A stretch of 64,000 nt of DNA, from the NCBI RefSeq assembly GCF_001194135.2, contig NC_068982.1:66653832-66717831 (forward strand), given 5' to 3'. This stretch comes from Octopus bimaculoides (lineage: Eukaryota). The notes beneath the pieces are model-generated. The model made no database searches. It had not been told where the DNA came from and saw only the letters and a list, made by a program, of their open reading frames with translations. A program made the position numbers and the translations under genes. Below are positions 24,561 to 38,942 of the stretch, in pieces; the first letter of the stretch is position 1; every line of letters starts with the position of its first letter.

Positions 24561-27024
24561 GTGCACTCTTATCCTAGCTGTTCTTTTCTTTTCTTAAGAC
24601 TGCAAGGTGTGTGTTGATGGAAATTTGGCTGCAATTTCTAGCAGACAGACTATATTTACTGGCTCTTCATCGAATTAATTTTCCTTGTTTCACACTCATA
24701 CTTGGGAACGGTCATCATTTGCTACTTAAACACACGCACTATTTGTGCGTGTATCTAATTGACAAAAGAAATAATCAAGTATATAACAATGTTTCAACAC
24801 ACGCTTTCACATCAAGAATCTTGCAAAACAAATGTGTCTATATGTACATGTAGATGAACGTATATACATACATGTACATATATGCATATACTCATATATT
24901 GTTTATGGTCAAAATTGACGTGAGTTATTTAGACATTAACAAATTTATTAGAATATTTAGCTGAAGATCAGAATAGAGTATTATGTACTCTTAACTGTGA
25001 AACAATTGTACTAAATTAACTAAAAGGCAAGTGTTTTTTACTCTTCTCTATTGTTTTTTGTTCTGTGTGTATCAAAAATATCGCTATCAATCTGGAGCAA
25101 TAATTTGTAGTTTTGAAATCAGTAGTTCTTTGACTGCTATTTCTGAATTCTCAGTATGTTGGAGAAGCAGGTTACTGTCAATCCCTATATATTTATGATT
25201 NNNNNNNNNNNNNNNNNNNNNNNNNNNNNNNNNNNNNNNNNNNNNNNNNNNNNNNNNNNNNNNNNNNNNNNNNNNNNNNNNNNNNNNNNNNNNNNNNNNN
25301 NNNNNNNNNNNNNNNNNNNNNNNNNNNNNNNNNNNNNNNNNNNNNNNATATATATATATATATATATAATGATGCAACGACTATAAAGTTTAACGTGTAC
25401 CGCGGAATCCTTTGTGTTCTGTTTTTATTTTTATTTTTACGTTTTTAATTTATATATATATGTATATATATAAAATCTGCGTTCTTGAAGAATAGTCAGA
25501 ACTTATCCAGTACGCCAAAAATCATAATTTCGTCAGATATGTCATAAGCATCGTAGATTACAAACACGTCCCAAAAACTGCTGTTTTTTTTTTTATGCAC
25601 TGGATACTTTCTGACTCTATTCTTCAGAATCGCCTCGGTTTAACTGAGTTGAGAAAACAAATTGAAGTTAAGCATTTAAATCAGGCCCTTACGTTGAATG
25701 CAGCCTAATCTGATTCCTGACACCTACTTTACAATGTCATTCTAGAAATATCATTGAAACCTCGGAGCTACAAGACAACGCATGATTAATCCAAAATATG
25801 TGGAAAAAAAAAGCTTTATATTTGACAGAGTATGCTGAATGCTAAAGGTCTAAATAGAAATATTTATTGGTTGTGAGCTGCCAAGGGATGGTCTGAACAC
25901 TGGATTTACATACGTTATCATATCAATCTGTTCGGCCTGTGTTCAAATCGCACAGTAATAAACTTCGCGTTTTCACTATTTTCACTATTTGAGAAGGAGA
26001 CGGTCGGTATATACATTGTAGTACCAGTAATATACTGATGGTTTCAGTAAACTGTAAACGTTAGTTTTATGTCGACATAAAAGGCGCGTTATGTGTTTCA
26101 GGTGTAAAAATATCAACAATTAGGAAGAAAGAAAAAGAAATCATTATTTAGGTCGGTCGATTAACAGGATTGTTAGAGCGTCAGATTTGCAGTATTTAGA
26201 TAACGGTTCTCAAAGTTGTAATTTCAAATCCCGCCGAGATCAACTTTACCTTCCGTCCTTTTGGAGTCAATAAAATAAAGTACCAGTAAAATACTGAGTT
26301 CGATATAGTTGGTTCATAACTTCCGTCTCCAAATTTTAAGTGTTATACATGTTAGAAATGATTATTTTCACTCGGTTGCGACGTGTGTGTACAGAATTAG
26401 ATCGCCAGACTTAATATCTTGTATTTAGTTCCATCTCTTTATACTGTAAGTTCGAATCTCATCCAGGTCGACTTTGCTTTTCACGCTTTTAAGACCAATA
26501 AAATAGAGTAATGCCAGTCAAATACTGTTCCGATTAGATCAACTAAATACCTGCCAACTCGAAAAGTGTGACCTTAATGTCAGAAATCAGTTCTGGTAAT
26601 TTACATACTGAGTTCAAATCTTATCGCGATCAATTTTGTTTTTTATACTTCTTGGGTCGGTACAGTACCACTCAAGCATTGGGTCCGAAATAGACTGTCT
26701 TCCTCTTCAAAAACTTCAGGCCGAGTTCAAGTCCTGCCGGCCTCAACTTTGTCTTTCGTCATATTCGCCTGTCCCTTCTCTCCACACGCGCAGAAGCTTT
26801 AAGTCTTGTGCCTAATTAGAAACAGTCGAGGGTGGTAGATTGGCAGAATCGTTAGACAAAATGTTTTGCTGTACAATTCTCACTCTTTACATTCTAAGTT
26901 GAAATCCTGTCGAAGTCAACTTTACTTTTCATCATTCGTGCCTATAAAATACTAGGGTCGGATATAATTGAGTGTCTCCTACCTTAAAATTTCTGGTTTT
27001 TTGCGCCCATATTACAAACAGTTA

Positions 27025-27659
27025 AGATCTATTTTAAAACGGGGGCGCCAGTATTTTCTTAACGAAACACTTTGAAACTTGGGACACTGGTAGAATGTGT
27101 CATATAAAACATCTTTTACTCTTAGTCTTCTTAACAAAAAAAAAAAAAAGNNNNNNNNNNTCCATGTTAAAGTTGTATTTCTGTAATTTCAACCAATCAC
27201 TGACGTCTATTCAGCTGAATAAGAGTTACTGCTGGGCGATCATAAAAATGTTATTCCCAGTGACATATTTCATCCGGTTTAATCGTAATTTATACGCATA
27301 TATTGTTTATATAATAAATTACGCTGTGCGTACCTATGTGTGTAACAATTTTAGAGTTCGGATTCTCGAGTTAGGGTTAGTTTTAAGGTTAGGGTTACGG
27401 TTACGGTTAACAGTCTAGTTAGGGTTAGTGTTAGGGGATTAATACGATATACACCGTTACAGCGCTAACTGTTTTCAACTGAATTAGTGATTAGTAGAAA
27501 TTATCGAAATAAGACAATTTTTTACATGAAATAAATTCGAATACAAAAATATTTTTCTGTTCTATAACACAAAATAGATAAGTATACGAAGTTTGAAAGT
27601 CTACATAACACTACATAAAACATAAATGAAAACTGGCGCCCCCGTTTTAAAATAGATCT
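27025..27659. mobile_element. Merlin-like MITE copy 1 with telomere-like core
   Basis: TIR agatctattttaaaacgggggcgccag. TTAGGG-like repeats at ~27370-27440. TSD not resolved. Confidence 0.75.
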
Positions 27660-28314
27660 GTTTATCACATGCCCCAGCTAGAGCTATATTGTCTGTTGCT
27701 AATATACAAGATTGAAGAATTATAGAAGTTTTTGTTTTGCTTCAGAACTATTTTGATCGTTTCATCCATTACCATCCCGTCTTATTTGCATGACTATATT
27801 ATTGAATGTGTCCTTTTTTTTAATCTTATTTAAAACAATGTTGTGATTTGCGGGAGATTTGGCTGCTATTTCTAGCAGGTCAAATGCCGACTTAGCCTCG
27901 TTCTTTTAAATATCGTTTGTATGTCAATGTGTAGCTTTCTATTTCCTCAACCAGATTTGTCAATAACACACACACACACACACAGAATGTGTGTGTGTGT
28001 GTTCAGTCGATACTATTTTCATTGAGTTAACAATAATTAATTTATATTAATCGATATTTGTATATCTTCGATGTAGATGTTTCTTACTCTTGACACAGAT
28101 CTCAGACCTTGTGTGTGCATGTATATAGCCGACTCACCTGTAGTATTACATGAATATAAGGGCACACCACTACTAAACTTTATAAAGCCATGAGCAGAAA
28201 AAGAAGACATTAGCGGGTCAAGTTTTTACAAATGTATTTCATTTGTTTGTCATTTGACTGCTGTCACGCTGAAGCATCGTAGGGTTATATATATATATAT
28301 ATATATAGATATAG

Positions 28315-28363
<49 letters not shown>

Positions 28364-29920
28364 ATGCGAGAGAAATGACTTATATTTCCTATTTTAAAAT
28401 ATATCATTGACTCCTAATTTTCTGACATTCATAAGTGACGGGCGTTAAAAATACAACCGAAGGATTAAATGTTTTTTTTCTTCTTTAAACGATCATACAT
28501 TTTACAGATGTAAAAAGTNNNNNNNNNNNNNNNNNNNNNNNNNNNNNNNNNNNNNNNNNNNNNNNNNNNNNNNNNNNNNNNNNNNNNNNNNNNNNNNNNN
28601 NNNNNNNNNNNNNNNNNNNNNNNNNNNNNNNNNNNNNNNNNNNNNNNNNNNNNNNNNNNNNNNNNNNNNNNNNNNNNNNNNNNNNNNNNNNNNNNNNNNN
28701 NNNNNNNNNNNNNNNNNNNNNNNNNNNNNNNNNNNNNNNNNNNNNNNNNNNNNNNNNNNNNNNNNNNNNNNNNNNNNNNNNNNNNNNNNNNNNNNNNNNN
28801 NNNNNNNNNNNNNNNNNNNNNNNNNNNNNNNNNNNNNNNNNNNNNNNNNNNNNNNNNNNNNNNNNNNNNNNNNNNNNNNNNNNNNNNNNNNNNNNNNNNN
28901 NNNNNNNNNNNNNNNNNNNNNNNNNNNNNNNNNNNNNNNNNNNNNNNNNNNNNNNNNNNNNNNNNNNNNNNNNNTTTTTTTTTTTTTTTTGCTTTAAATA
29001 TCGATTTATGATAATGAACTAGTTAAATACGTTGTCCTGACATTGTCTCTTAAAAGTTTATATAAATTTTCCAGTCTTAACAACACAACCATTCAACAGG
29101 CGAACACACCTACATAATATGTAACAGGCTGAATAGTTGTTTGTGTGTGTCTATATGTATATATATATATATATATTTATTTATGTGTGTGTAATAGCAG
29201 TTTGACTTAGTTTCGAGGACGCGTTCAACCCACCCACATTATCAGATATGAGAAGTCATATATACACATACGCACATACACCTCTCTCTCTCTCTCAAGT
29301 TTTGTAGTACACTCAGTCAATGTTTGTACAATAATGCAATATTTTTGTAGTAATACCATTTGGTTTACTCAGATGCTAAATATCTAATTTCAAACTAAAG
29401 GTAGATATCATAACCGAATTCTAGTTAATAGCATAAATTTGGAACAACCACAACAGCAAAACTATCTATAAACCCAGTGGATTACAGCTGACTGCAACGA
29501 TTGATTTACACCATCTGGTAATAAATAAAAGTTCATGTAATTGTTAAGACGTTATAATTGACACACATTGCTTAATGACGATTAAAACTGCATCGCCGAA
29601 CACTTGACTGGCCTATAAGGTATAATAAGCCAGCGAGGTAATGTCAGGTGACTGTTCGACCTGCTGGAAATAGCAGCCAAGTCACCCTCAGATTGTATTC
29701 TTTCAACTTAAAAAAAAATATCAATGGATACATTGCAAAGTGTCGTTCAAGGAACACAGTTTCCTGACAAAAAAACAAAAAAGCTGGAATGATCATGGCT
29801 GAATTAATTTGAATAAAGATACGCCTACTTGATTAGGGCTGCCTTAGGGTTATCAAATTACTATCACTGACCCACTGTCAGTTTGGCTTGTGTATTATCT
29901 TGTCCCATATTACTCCTTTA

Positions 29921-30576
29921 GGATCTAGTTCAAAACGGGGGCACCAGTTTTCATTTATGTTTTATGTAGTGTTTTTGGTACCGAAAGACTTTCAAACTTC
30001 GTATACTTATCTATTTTGTGTTATAGAACAGAAAAAAAATTTTGTATTCGAAGTTATTTCATGTAAAAAATTGTCTTATTTCGATAATTTCAACCAATCA
30101 CTGACAAGTATTCAGCTGTTTACAGTTACTCCTTTGGCAGTTTAAGCGGTGTAAAGCGTATTTAATCTCCATTACTTCTGACATTTTGCAGAGAGGCAAC
30201 ACACGTGTGTTCGTTTTCCTTCGTTTTATTTTTAATATAATTTCGTTAACATCTGCCTGAACTTTATGTGTACATTTGCCCTAACCCTTACCCTTCCCTA
30301 AAAAACCAGGCCTTGTGCCTATAATAGAAAGGTTTATTAGCTACTGCCAATATGCTTCAGCCATTTTTGACAAGGAAATAATAATTTTATCACCGTCAGT
30401 CATTGGTTGAAATTACAGAAATACGACAACTTTAACATGAAATAAGTTGCAATATAATAATTTTTCGTAAGAAGACTAAGAGAAAAAGATGTTTTATATG
30501 ACACATTCTACCAGTGTCCCAAGTTTCAAAGTGTTTCGTTAAGAAAATACTGGCGCCCCCGTTTTGAACTCGATCC
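29921..30576. mobile_element. Merlin-like MITE copy 2
   Basis: GGATC..GATCC termini with a perfect 8-bp TSD CTCCTTTA (29913-29920 and 30577-30584). Confidence 0.85.
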
Positions 30577-31141
30577 CTCCTTTAAATGTACTGCCCCAGA
30601 GCCAACTGTGTGCTGTGAATTAAATGTGAATATTTTCATCACTGCCATTAGTTACACATGGATGTCTCTTTTAATACTCCTCTAGTTTGACAAAAAAGTT
30701 ATTTATTGGACTTGCGAAAGCAAGGACATTAAAGAATGTTATGTTTGTTGTTTCTTACTTTGAAGTAATATTGTTGTTTAGTGTCAGGTTAGCCTTGAAC
30801 AAGTAGATTTATGACCAGAGGTATTTTAACCGTAACCTCTCTCTTTTAGATATAGGTTATATAAGATTTTATTAATAGGTCCCTAATTGTAGTATGCGAT
30901 TTAGTTAGTTCTAGCAGGTCGTGTGACTGCAGAAAGGTTCCGTCGTTGGCTAGTTTTGACTTCATATTTGTTTATAGCTTTTACTTAGAAAGATAAATAG
31001 TTATAATGAAATATACTAAGTCATTTTAATCAAAATTATAGACGTTATGTTAAACTGGTTTAATACCCTTTTTCAAAAGAGCATTCATTGTAATTTAAAA
31101 AGATATTAGAATGAACGTAAACATCACCCAATAATAATAGT

Positions 31142-31700
31142 AACTAGCGGAACCCGTGAATATTTCACGGAATAAATGGTAAACTTATTAGGTTATATCT
31201 GAAAACTTGATCCAAAAAACCTAAAAGCGTAGCTTGTGTTATCTGTATCAAAAGATAGTCGCTCATCTGCTAATCATTGGAATATGATGATTACTTAATG
31301 CACTTTATACGTTTTATATACTTTATGCTCAATTTTATAAACAGCACTCTTACTCTTCGCCTTACTCTCTTTTTCTCACTCCCTTTTCTTTCGCTCTTCG
31401 CCTTCCTCTCCAACTAATCACGTGAAATCGTTACAGACGGGGTAAATTTTAAAAAATTACACATTTCACTCACCTCCACCTCTCCCCATATCTCATCCCC
31501 TCCCTATCTCTCCCCTTCAACTAATCATGTGGAAGCGTTACGGACAGGCTAAGTAACAGAAACAAGCAGTTATAAAATTGACAGCCCCCAGTCACATCTA
31601 CAAATTGTGCGCGTCTTACATTGCTTCTCGCGCGCGCACACACACACACACACACACGAGATCTTGATAACAGAATTTCTGTTCTTTAATGCTTTAGTAT
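31142..31700. mobile_element. Possible non-autonomous Helitron/DINE-like element
   Basis: Starts ACTAGCGGAACCCG with hairpin CCGTGAA-tat-TTCACGG. Interior has pyrimidine-rich simple repeats. The 3' end is not clear. Confidence 0.3.
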
Positions 31701-31704
31701 AAAA

Positions 31705-31810
31705 CAGTGGTTCTCAACCATTTTTTATCTATGGTCCCCTTTGATTTCAATTTTATTCTTGTGGACCCCCATCGCCATTCAATGTTTAAAAACTAATTTT
31801 AAATCCACGA
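31705..31810 (+). mobile_element. hAT-type left terminus (right end not found)
   Basis: CAGTGGTTCTCAACC start followed by ggtcccc/ggacccc subterminal motifs. Confidence 0.5.
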
Positions 31811-32802
31811 AGGAAAAAAAAAAAGCAGCACGAATCTTTAAGAATTTTCTTCCTTTTTTCTTAAGGAAACACCAAAATCTCCTTCTTAAACATCCACCCA
31901 TCATCTCACCACTCCCAAAAGCTACAAACTCCCAATATTTCTTTTATATCCTGCAACAGGTTGGTATAGATAAATTATGCAGAAGTTAATCAATATGTTC
32001 ACACGACGTACTTCGCAAGACTACCAAAACGCTCTCTCCTCTACTACCGAGCACTACTCTTTATAAGAGTTCGGCTAATCCATTCGCCAATCCGCCAGGA
32101 GTGTCAATGGCTCTCTCCACAACAATTTCACTTTTAGCTTTCTGGAAAGCGAGGATGTTTCTTGAGAAATAATGTTTACCTGTTTTTAGCATGTCTGGTT
32201 TTCTGGTGGTGGTCTGGTATTTTTTACGTCTTTTATTTCAGTACAATTCTACGCATGCATGAAACACCAGATGAAAGTGAAGCATTGGGAGATTTTAGCT
32301 TTTTGAAAGCGGGTTGGTAATGGGTGGGCGAAGTAGGGGAAGGGGCATCGTTTCTTTAAGAAAAATTAAACTTTAAAAAATACATTTCTCAGATTCGTAA
32401 TCTCTGTATTTTTCTACGTGGATGAGGAAAGAAAAATTCGAAAAAGTGTTACAAATTAAGAAGTTGCGGTGGGGACGGAGTGAAATTAAAATTTGGAAAC
32501 GTGATTTCTGGGTAAAATCGTATTAACCCCCTTTTATACGATGAAACAATTCATAGTTTGTGATCTTAATAATAATGCACTTTCATGCAAGCCCATGCAA
32601 ATTGTACCTCCCCCACCTTCACTTTTAAACCAACAAAAACTTCCATTACGCCTGTAATCCAGTTCACTATGTATCAGCTGTACCGATTCTGTCCATAAAG
32701 AAACAAATAATACAATGAGGCTGTAGGTCATAACACCCGGACAACGCCAGGACGCACTGCTGTGTGTGTGTGTGCGCGCGCACACACACACACACACACA
32801 CC

Positions 32803-33348
32803 TCTACTCGTGTTTTCTTCTCGGGATACCGGCCGGCTGCGAAATTTTTTCCCACGAGAGTTCCAGACCCCAGTATTGACCTCATTTGCATGCAATCAAT
32901 TAGAGTTCACCTTGACCTTGTCAAGTTAGCAAACACATTCTACCAAGTAAACTCAAGACGAAGAACGGTATTGCAAATCGACCGGTCGCCAAGTAATGCT
33001 TGATTAGATAGATTTGCATCTATACCTATTATCGGATTTTGTTAAGACCCCATATGGTAGAGGGTGATGTGCTAGCAACCCAATCCCCTTACTGTTTTAC
33101 GAAGTAAACAATAACAAAAATAACTACACAGAGGCAGCCATGGTTGAAACAAAAGCAACAAGCATTATTTAGAGAAAAGAAACATGGTCATTCCTTAATC
33201 AAGTAACGTTATCGCACATCACTTGTTATGCGCTCATAAATTAGTTTCATAGTTGAGCTCTGATTGCTGTATGCAAATGACTTCATAACTGGGGTCCGGA
33301 ACTCTCCTGGGAAAAAAGTTTTCGCCGGCCAGCCTGGAAGAGACATAC
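32803..33348. mobile_element. Foldback-like element with ~100-bp imperfect inverted ends
   Basis: ggccggc..ttttttcccacgagagttccagaccccagt..tcatttgcat at 32830-32905 is mirrored at 33255-33335. Confidence 0.6.
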
Positions 33349-33361
33349 GTAGAAATACTTT

Positions 33362-33765
33362 TCTTATTTCTGTATTGTCCACAAGGAGCTAAACATAGAG
33401 GGGACAAACAAGCATAGACAAAGGGATTAAGTCCATTACATCGACCCCAGTGCATAAATGGTACTTAATTTATTGACCCCGAAAGGATGACAGGCAAAGT
33501 CGAGATCGGCGGAATTTGAACTCAGAACGTGAACACAGATGAAATACCTATTTCTTTACTGCCCACAAGGGGCTACACACAGAGGGGACAGACAAACGGA
33601 TTAAGTCGATTATATCGACCCCAGTACGTAACTGGTACTTAATTTATCGACCCCGAAAGGATGAAAGGCAAAGTCGACCGCGGCGGAATTCGAACTCAGA
33701 ACGTGAACACAGATGAAATACCGCTAAGCATTTCGCCCGGCGTGCTAACATTTCTGCCAGCTCTG
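33362..33765 (-). mobile_element. Tandem (dimeric) SINE family B
   Basis: Two consecutive ~190-210 bp units containing cccacaaggggct..atcgaccccag..gaactcagaacgtgaacacagatgaaatacc. Only the rightmost unit has the head. Confidence 0.8.
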
Positions 33766-35877
33766 GCGGTAAATTATAGAAAAATCAGTTGAGTCCAACA
33801 ACCCCAAACCATATAGTTTTCCTTAACTTTACCAAGGCTTTTGAAAGCACGCACCTTTCATCGCTTTGGAGTTTCCTAGATTGCAGCCCCATCTAGAAGG
33901 ATTATTTATCCTCCTTAATTCTGTACTTGAAGGTTTATAATTTATGAAGACCTATGTTGGCACCGGTAGATTTGTGGGTACAATTAAAGGCATTAAACAA
34001 AGGTGACATTTTGTCTGTTCTTTTTTTTTTTTTATTTAGTATTAGCTAAAGAAAATAGTAGTGGGATCTCTGTAGAGGTTAAATGATCTTTAAACCTATG
34101 TAAATGACATTGCTGCAACTAACAATGACATTACTAGCGTTCAGTATTTCACTAGTTACTTAGCTGCAAATGTAAAAGTAGGTCTCCAAATTAATCTTGA
34201 TAAGACTAAATGCATGACTACAGATAAGAGAGAGCAAAGCCTTGGAATAACAATCTAGGGCAGACCTTTAAAGCAAGCAGTAGAAATTTTCTATCTAGGG
34301 CATAAGCCGTTAATTTCAAACAAAAAGATTGTCAGCCACAGAATTGCGCTGGCATGGTCAGCTTTTTTCTGAAAGGAAGAATACCTTTACAACTGAAATC
34401 GAATACCAGTTAAAGATAAAATATGTAACATTTGCATTGTCCTTGGAGTTATAAATGGACTAGATTGGTTCACGTGATCTGAAAAAAAAAAAATTGAAAT
34501 ATTTAAGAAATCATATCATAAGACAAACTAACAGTTAAAATATTAAATCTGCAAGAAATGACACTTTCGTTTGTAAAGTTAAAAGCATATCTTTAAAACC
34601 GTCTGGCTACACCAAACTTTGAAATTGTGATCTTTCTAAGATACTTTGAAAAAAAATCCGAGGACTTTGCAATGGTAGCCGGAAAGATCATATCCTAAAA
34701 TAGTCTCAATATTCATGGATAGAACTCAATGTAATGGCAACGAACAGAGACGTGACTGTGTGGTAAGCCCCACTGCGTAGCACCTTTGGCAAGAGTATTC
34801 TACTTTATTCTCGGGTTGACCAAAGTCTTGTGAATGGATTTGGTAGACGAAACTGGAAGAAGCATATCGTGTGTGTGTCTCTTTATCACTGCATCACTGC
34901 TTGACAACCGGGTTTGGTGGGTTTACGTCTCTGTAACTTAGCGGTTCGGCATAAAGGGCCCGATAGAATAAGTACTAGGCTTAAAAAAAAAAGTCTTCTG
35001 GTCGATTAAAACCCCTGAAGGCGGTGCTCCAGCAAAGGTACAACCAAATGACTGAAACAAGTAAAGGAATAAAAAAAAAACATTCTGTACTCTACTGCTA
35101 GAGGAAATATCGATTGATGATGAGTCTAATTTTTAAGAAAGCCTCGGATGAAATTCAGTCAGGTATTTCTATAGGTGAATAAAATTCAAAGGTAACATGA
35201 AAACTACTGGAATACTCCGTGTGCCCGGTCAAGCATTATTGAAGTTGTCAATAATTCTGTACTTAGACATCAGTTTCCAATAGCTTTTTCGATGGTAGAA
35301 GAGCATTTCAAAGTTAGTTTATTGCTTTCAATTTTTTTAAAAATACTCAATAAGATTTTATTCCATATACCTACGTTCAACATTGGACTAAAATTCATAA
35401 AGGATTGTGATTCTTAAAAGAATATGGCAAAACTCCAGTCAAATAATTATGTCTTCATATTTTAGCACCAATTATGATAGAACTGATAATAAATGAGTCA
35501 AGTACGAACGTACGTTTTGTGTTGTATGTACTACAGTGTTGATAAATATTATTGGAGTTTTGGCAGTTAGTGATTGGGTACAGCTGTGAAATACCCAATA
35601 TCTGCCCGTCTTTGATTGTGGGGGTTTCTTTTTTTGTATATCTTTGAAAATTCTATGCTATCGAATGAACACCTTGGTCATTGTCTCTAAAAAAAAATTA
35701 GTAATTTTAAGAGAAATTTTTCAAGTTATGTACAGACAATCTGTTTTAAAATTTAATGAATGTAGATACTGTACAATACAGTAGCAAAGTTGTTAGGGCA
35801 AAAGTGTGTGGTGGGGGAGTAGTTCTTTTTCATAAAGATAAATTACGCCTCTCCAGATTTGGAAGAAGGTTATAGTC

Positions 35878-36024
35878 TAGTGGTTCCCAGTCTGTGATCC
35901 GCAAAGGTAGCACTGGGAGTCCGTGAACATGTTAAGCTAACAGACCTTTCAATATCCTGGGGTCCTTGGGAAAACTCACTTACATAAAAGAGGTCCTTGG
36001 TAGTGAAAAGGTTGGGAATCACTG
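35878..36024. mobile_element. hAT MITE, 147 bp, with 8-bp TSD
   Basis: Ends tagtggttccca..tgggaatcactg. TSD TTATAGTC / TTATGGTC (7/8 match). Confidence 0.85.
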
Positions 36025-36263
36025 TTATGGTCCATTAAAATCAACTTCCAATACTCAGCTGGCCCATATTTTATCGATTTTTAGAAGAATGAAAGGCCAG
36101 GCCGACCTTGGTGGAAATAGAACATAAACGTATGCTACTAAATATAGCACAGTAGCAAAACTGGCCAAAGAAGTTTTTTTTTTTTTTTTTTACTTATACA
36201 ACTTTGCTGTATTTAGCAGCATACGTTTACGTTCTAATCCCACTGAGGTCGATCTAGCATTTC

Positions 36264-36298
<35 letters not shown>

Positions 36299-37514
36299 NN
36301 NNNNNNNNNNNNNNNNNNNNNNNNNNNNNNNNNNNNNNNNNNNNNNNNNNNNNNNNNNNNNNNNNNNNNNNNNNNNNNNNNNNNNCATACTAGACTACCC
36401 GTGACCTGTTGAGTCACCGGAAAAGTCTGAGTTTCCCAGCAATGGAGTTTTGTTTCGAGGGAATTTTGTCTTTTCCAGGTTATTTCGCATGCTTTCAACG
36501 AATGTGACATCGAAATCACGCGTAAACGGCTCCTTTCCCCAGAAAAGGAAAGATTTGGTTGTTATTCTTTGCATGTCCTGCTACCACGTAACAGGTTCTT
36601 CGGGTCCTTTATCGCAAATAGCTGTTACGTGGTTTCAGGGCGTGCTAGAAATAGCAGCCAAATCTTTGGGGTTGAGATACGTTGAATGCACTCGAAAAAA
36701 TCCTATAGAAACAAATTTTCACACCGAGGTTACAAACGGGTCTTTTACAAATCGCATTTTTTCGTTGTCAAGTCACTGTCTAATCGAAAGGTAAGAGTTT
36801 CTTCACTTTCAGGGTTAAGTTATTCTCGGAATATTTTCCCATTATTCACCATTTTGGGTATTTATACCCTCGAAAACCCCCAATATCTCAATAACCACTT
36901 GTCCGATTTATGCGAAACTTGTTTTCTTTCGTTCGTATTCACATTTCAGGGGCAACTTAATTCATAGTATTTAATCATTATACACCAGTTTCGCTGGGTA
37001 ACATTGCAGACAAGATTCAAGCTCACCTTTAATATATATATATATATGACTCCTTCTGTATATAATAATAAAATGTAATTGAATTAAAGCAGGATTTTTA
37101 ACTATAACGGATTTACTTTTCAAATTGAATTCACTCTAGCAGAAGTTAAAATGACCTCGAAAGTGCCGCCAAAAGAAAGAAAAAAGAAAACAAAATCCTT
37201 TCGATTCAAAACATTTCTAAAGCACAAAAGGTTATGACATTGCGACTCTGGCATACTTGTAGTTTAAACTATTGTAGTTGTAGTGAAAGCAGTCTTTCAT
37301 CATATTCAGTGATTATTATTTAGACAGCTGCCATTCTAACATGCTTTATATCTGGAACGTAACAAGTAAATTAAATAAAGATAAAAACTTAATTTGACAG
37401 TTATGTATACGTTTACAGTTACAGCCGTGGTTGTGTTATTAAGACATCTACTTTCCATTTACCTGGCTTCGAAGTCTGTCCCACTACACGAAATCTCAAG
37501 CAAGTGTGCTGTCG

Positions 37515-37547
<33 letters not shown>

Positions 37548-38579
37548 CTTTGTTTTGACATCGTGCGATACTTGTAAACGAATGTCATCGTCAAATAATC
37601 GGTGTCATTCTTTTCCATTCTTCTTTGAAACCATGTTCGACCTAGATAAATATTTCCTTGTGTGGAAACAGGTGAGGGTTGCAGCAAGAAATCATCTGGT
37701 TGTAGAATATCAACCTCATTTAACTCCACCTGATCCATGGAAATACGGACGTTAAAACGATGGTAATGACATCTTGTATAAAGGCAGCGGATCGGCTGTG
37801 TTGTAAGAATATCAGATTGAATGCATTATTGTATTTGTTTTGGTTTTCTGTTAATATTAGTTCTAATCCCGCCCCCAGATCTGTTTGCTGTATTTTTCCT
37901 TTCAGTCAAGAGATAAAGTATTCACCTATCCGAGGGCCGACAATAAATTAACGAAATTTGTAAGAGCGTCAAACAGGTTACCCTGCTATATCTATTTCGG
38001 CTCTTTACAGTTTTCAAGGCAACGCCTGACCTGCGATGACCTTTGTGCCAAATTATATCGACCGCTGGCCACTCCTATATATAGACAAAGTCGGTGGTGT
38101 GGTAAGAGAAGACTTGCATGCACGGGCATTTCATGCTCTTTCATGAGAGACCTTGCCCAGGACTGCCTCCGCCTCCTTCATTGATAGTTAAACGTTGAGT
38201 AAAGAACATTTTTATGTTTACCGGTGAAAAACTGGTGTTAGGTAAAAAGAAAAAAACAAAACAAACGTAGGTTAGATATTCGTTAGAGTATAAATACATG
38301 AATTAACTACAAATACTGAGTTCGATATAATTGATTAAAACTCTTTAAGGCGACGCTCCAGCATAGCCGCCGTTCAATTAATGGAACCAGCAAAAGAATA
38401 ATATATTTCTGTCAGTATTTCGTGCTCTTCTTTGATTTATTCCGTGTTATTTTGTCAAAGAAACTGTCATAATTAAATATATAAACTATATTACTGTGTA
38501 CCTGTAATATTATGGGGGTCAATCGACTATATCTTTCTCAACTACAAATTTGTGATGTTCACCTTCCTGTAGCTTGCGG

Positions 38580-38942
38580 GTACGCTCTGATACCACTTCA
38601 CCATCTTTCCTCTCCCAACTGGGGTAGCCATGTATCTCCTCTACTGCAAGGCACCTGTCTCTCTATTATACTTTAACCTCTCATCACCTGGCACAAAGCT
38701 ATCTCACTCAATACTGCATCTCTTCTCAGTTGCGAGGTCTTTTCTTACGAGTTACTTGGTGACCTCACTTGCGCCGGTACCACATGAGAAGCACCTAATA
38801 TGCGTATTATGAAGTAGAAGGCGTTAGGAAGAGTATCCTGCTATAGAAACCGTGCCAAAGCTAACATTCTCTAGCTCGTCGGTTCCTGTCAAATCGTACT
38901 ACCCATGCCAGCATAGAAAACGGCCGTTAAACGATGATGATG
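38580..38942 (+). mobile_element. SINE-like element ending in (GAT)n
   Basis: Ends acccatgccagcatagaaaacggccgttaaacgatgatgatga. A related end lies at 37730-37770. Confidence 0.55.

Noticed and set aside
27360-27440. TTAGGG-like repeats as a real telomere or fusion site
   Set aside because: Short, degenerate and internal to a MITE family seen four times in the window.
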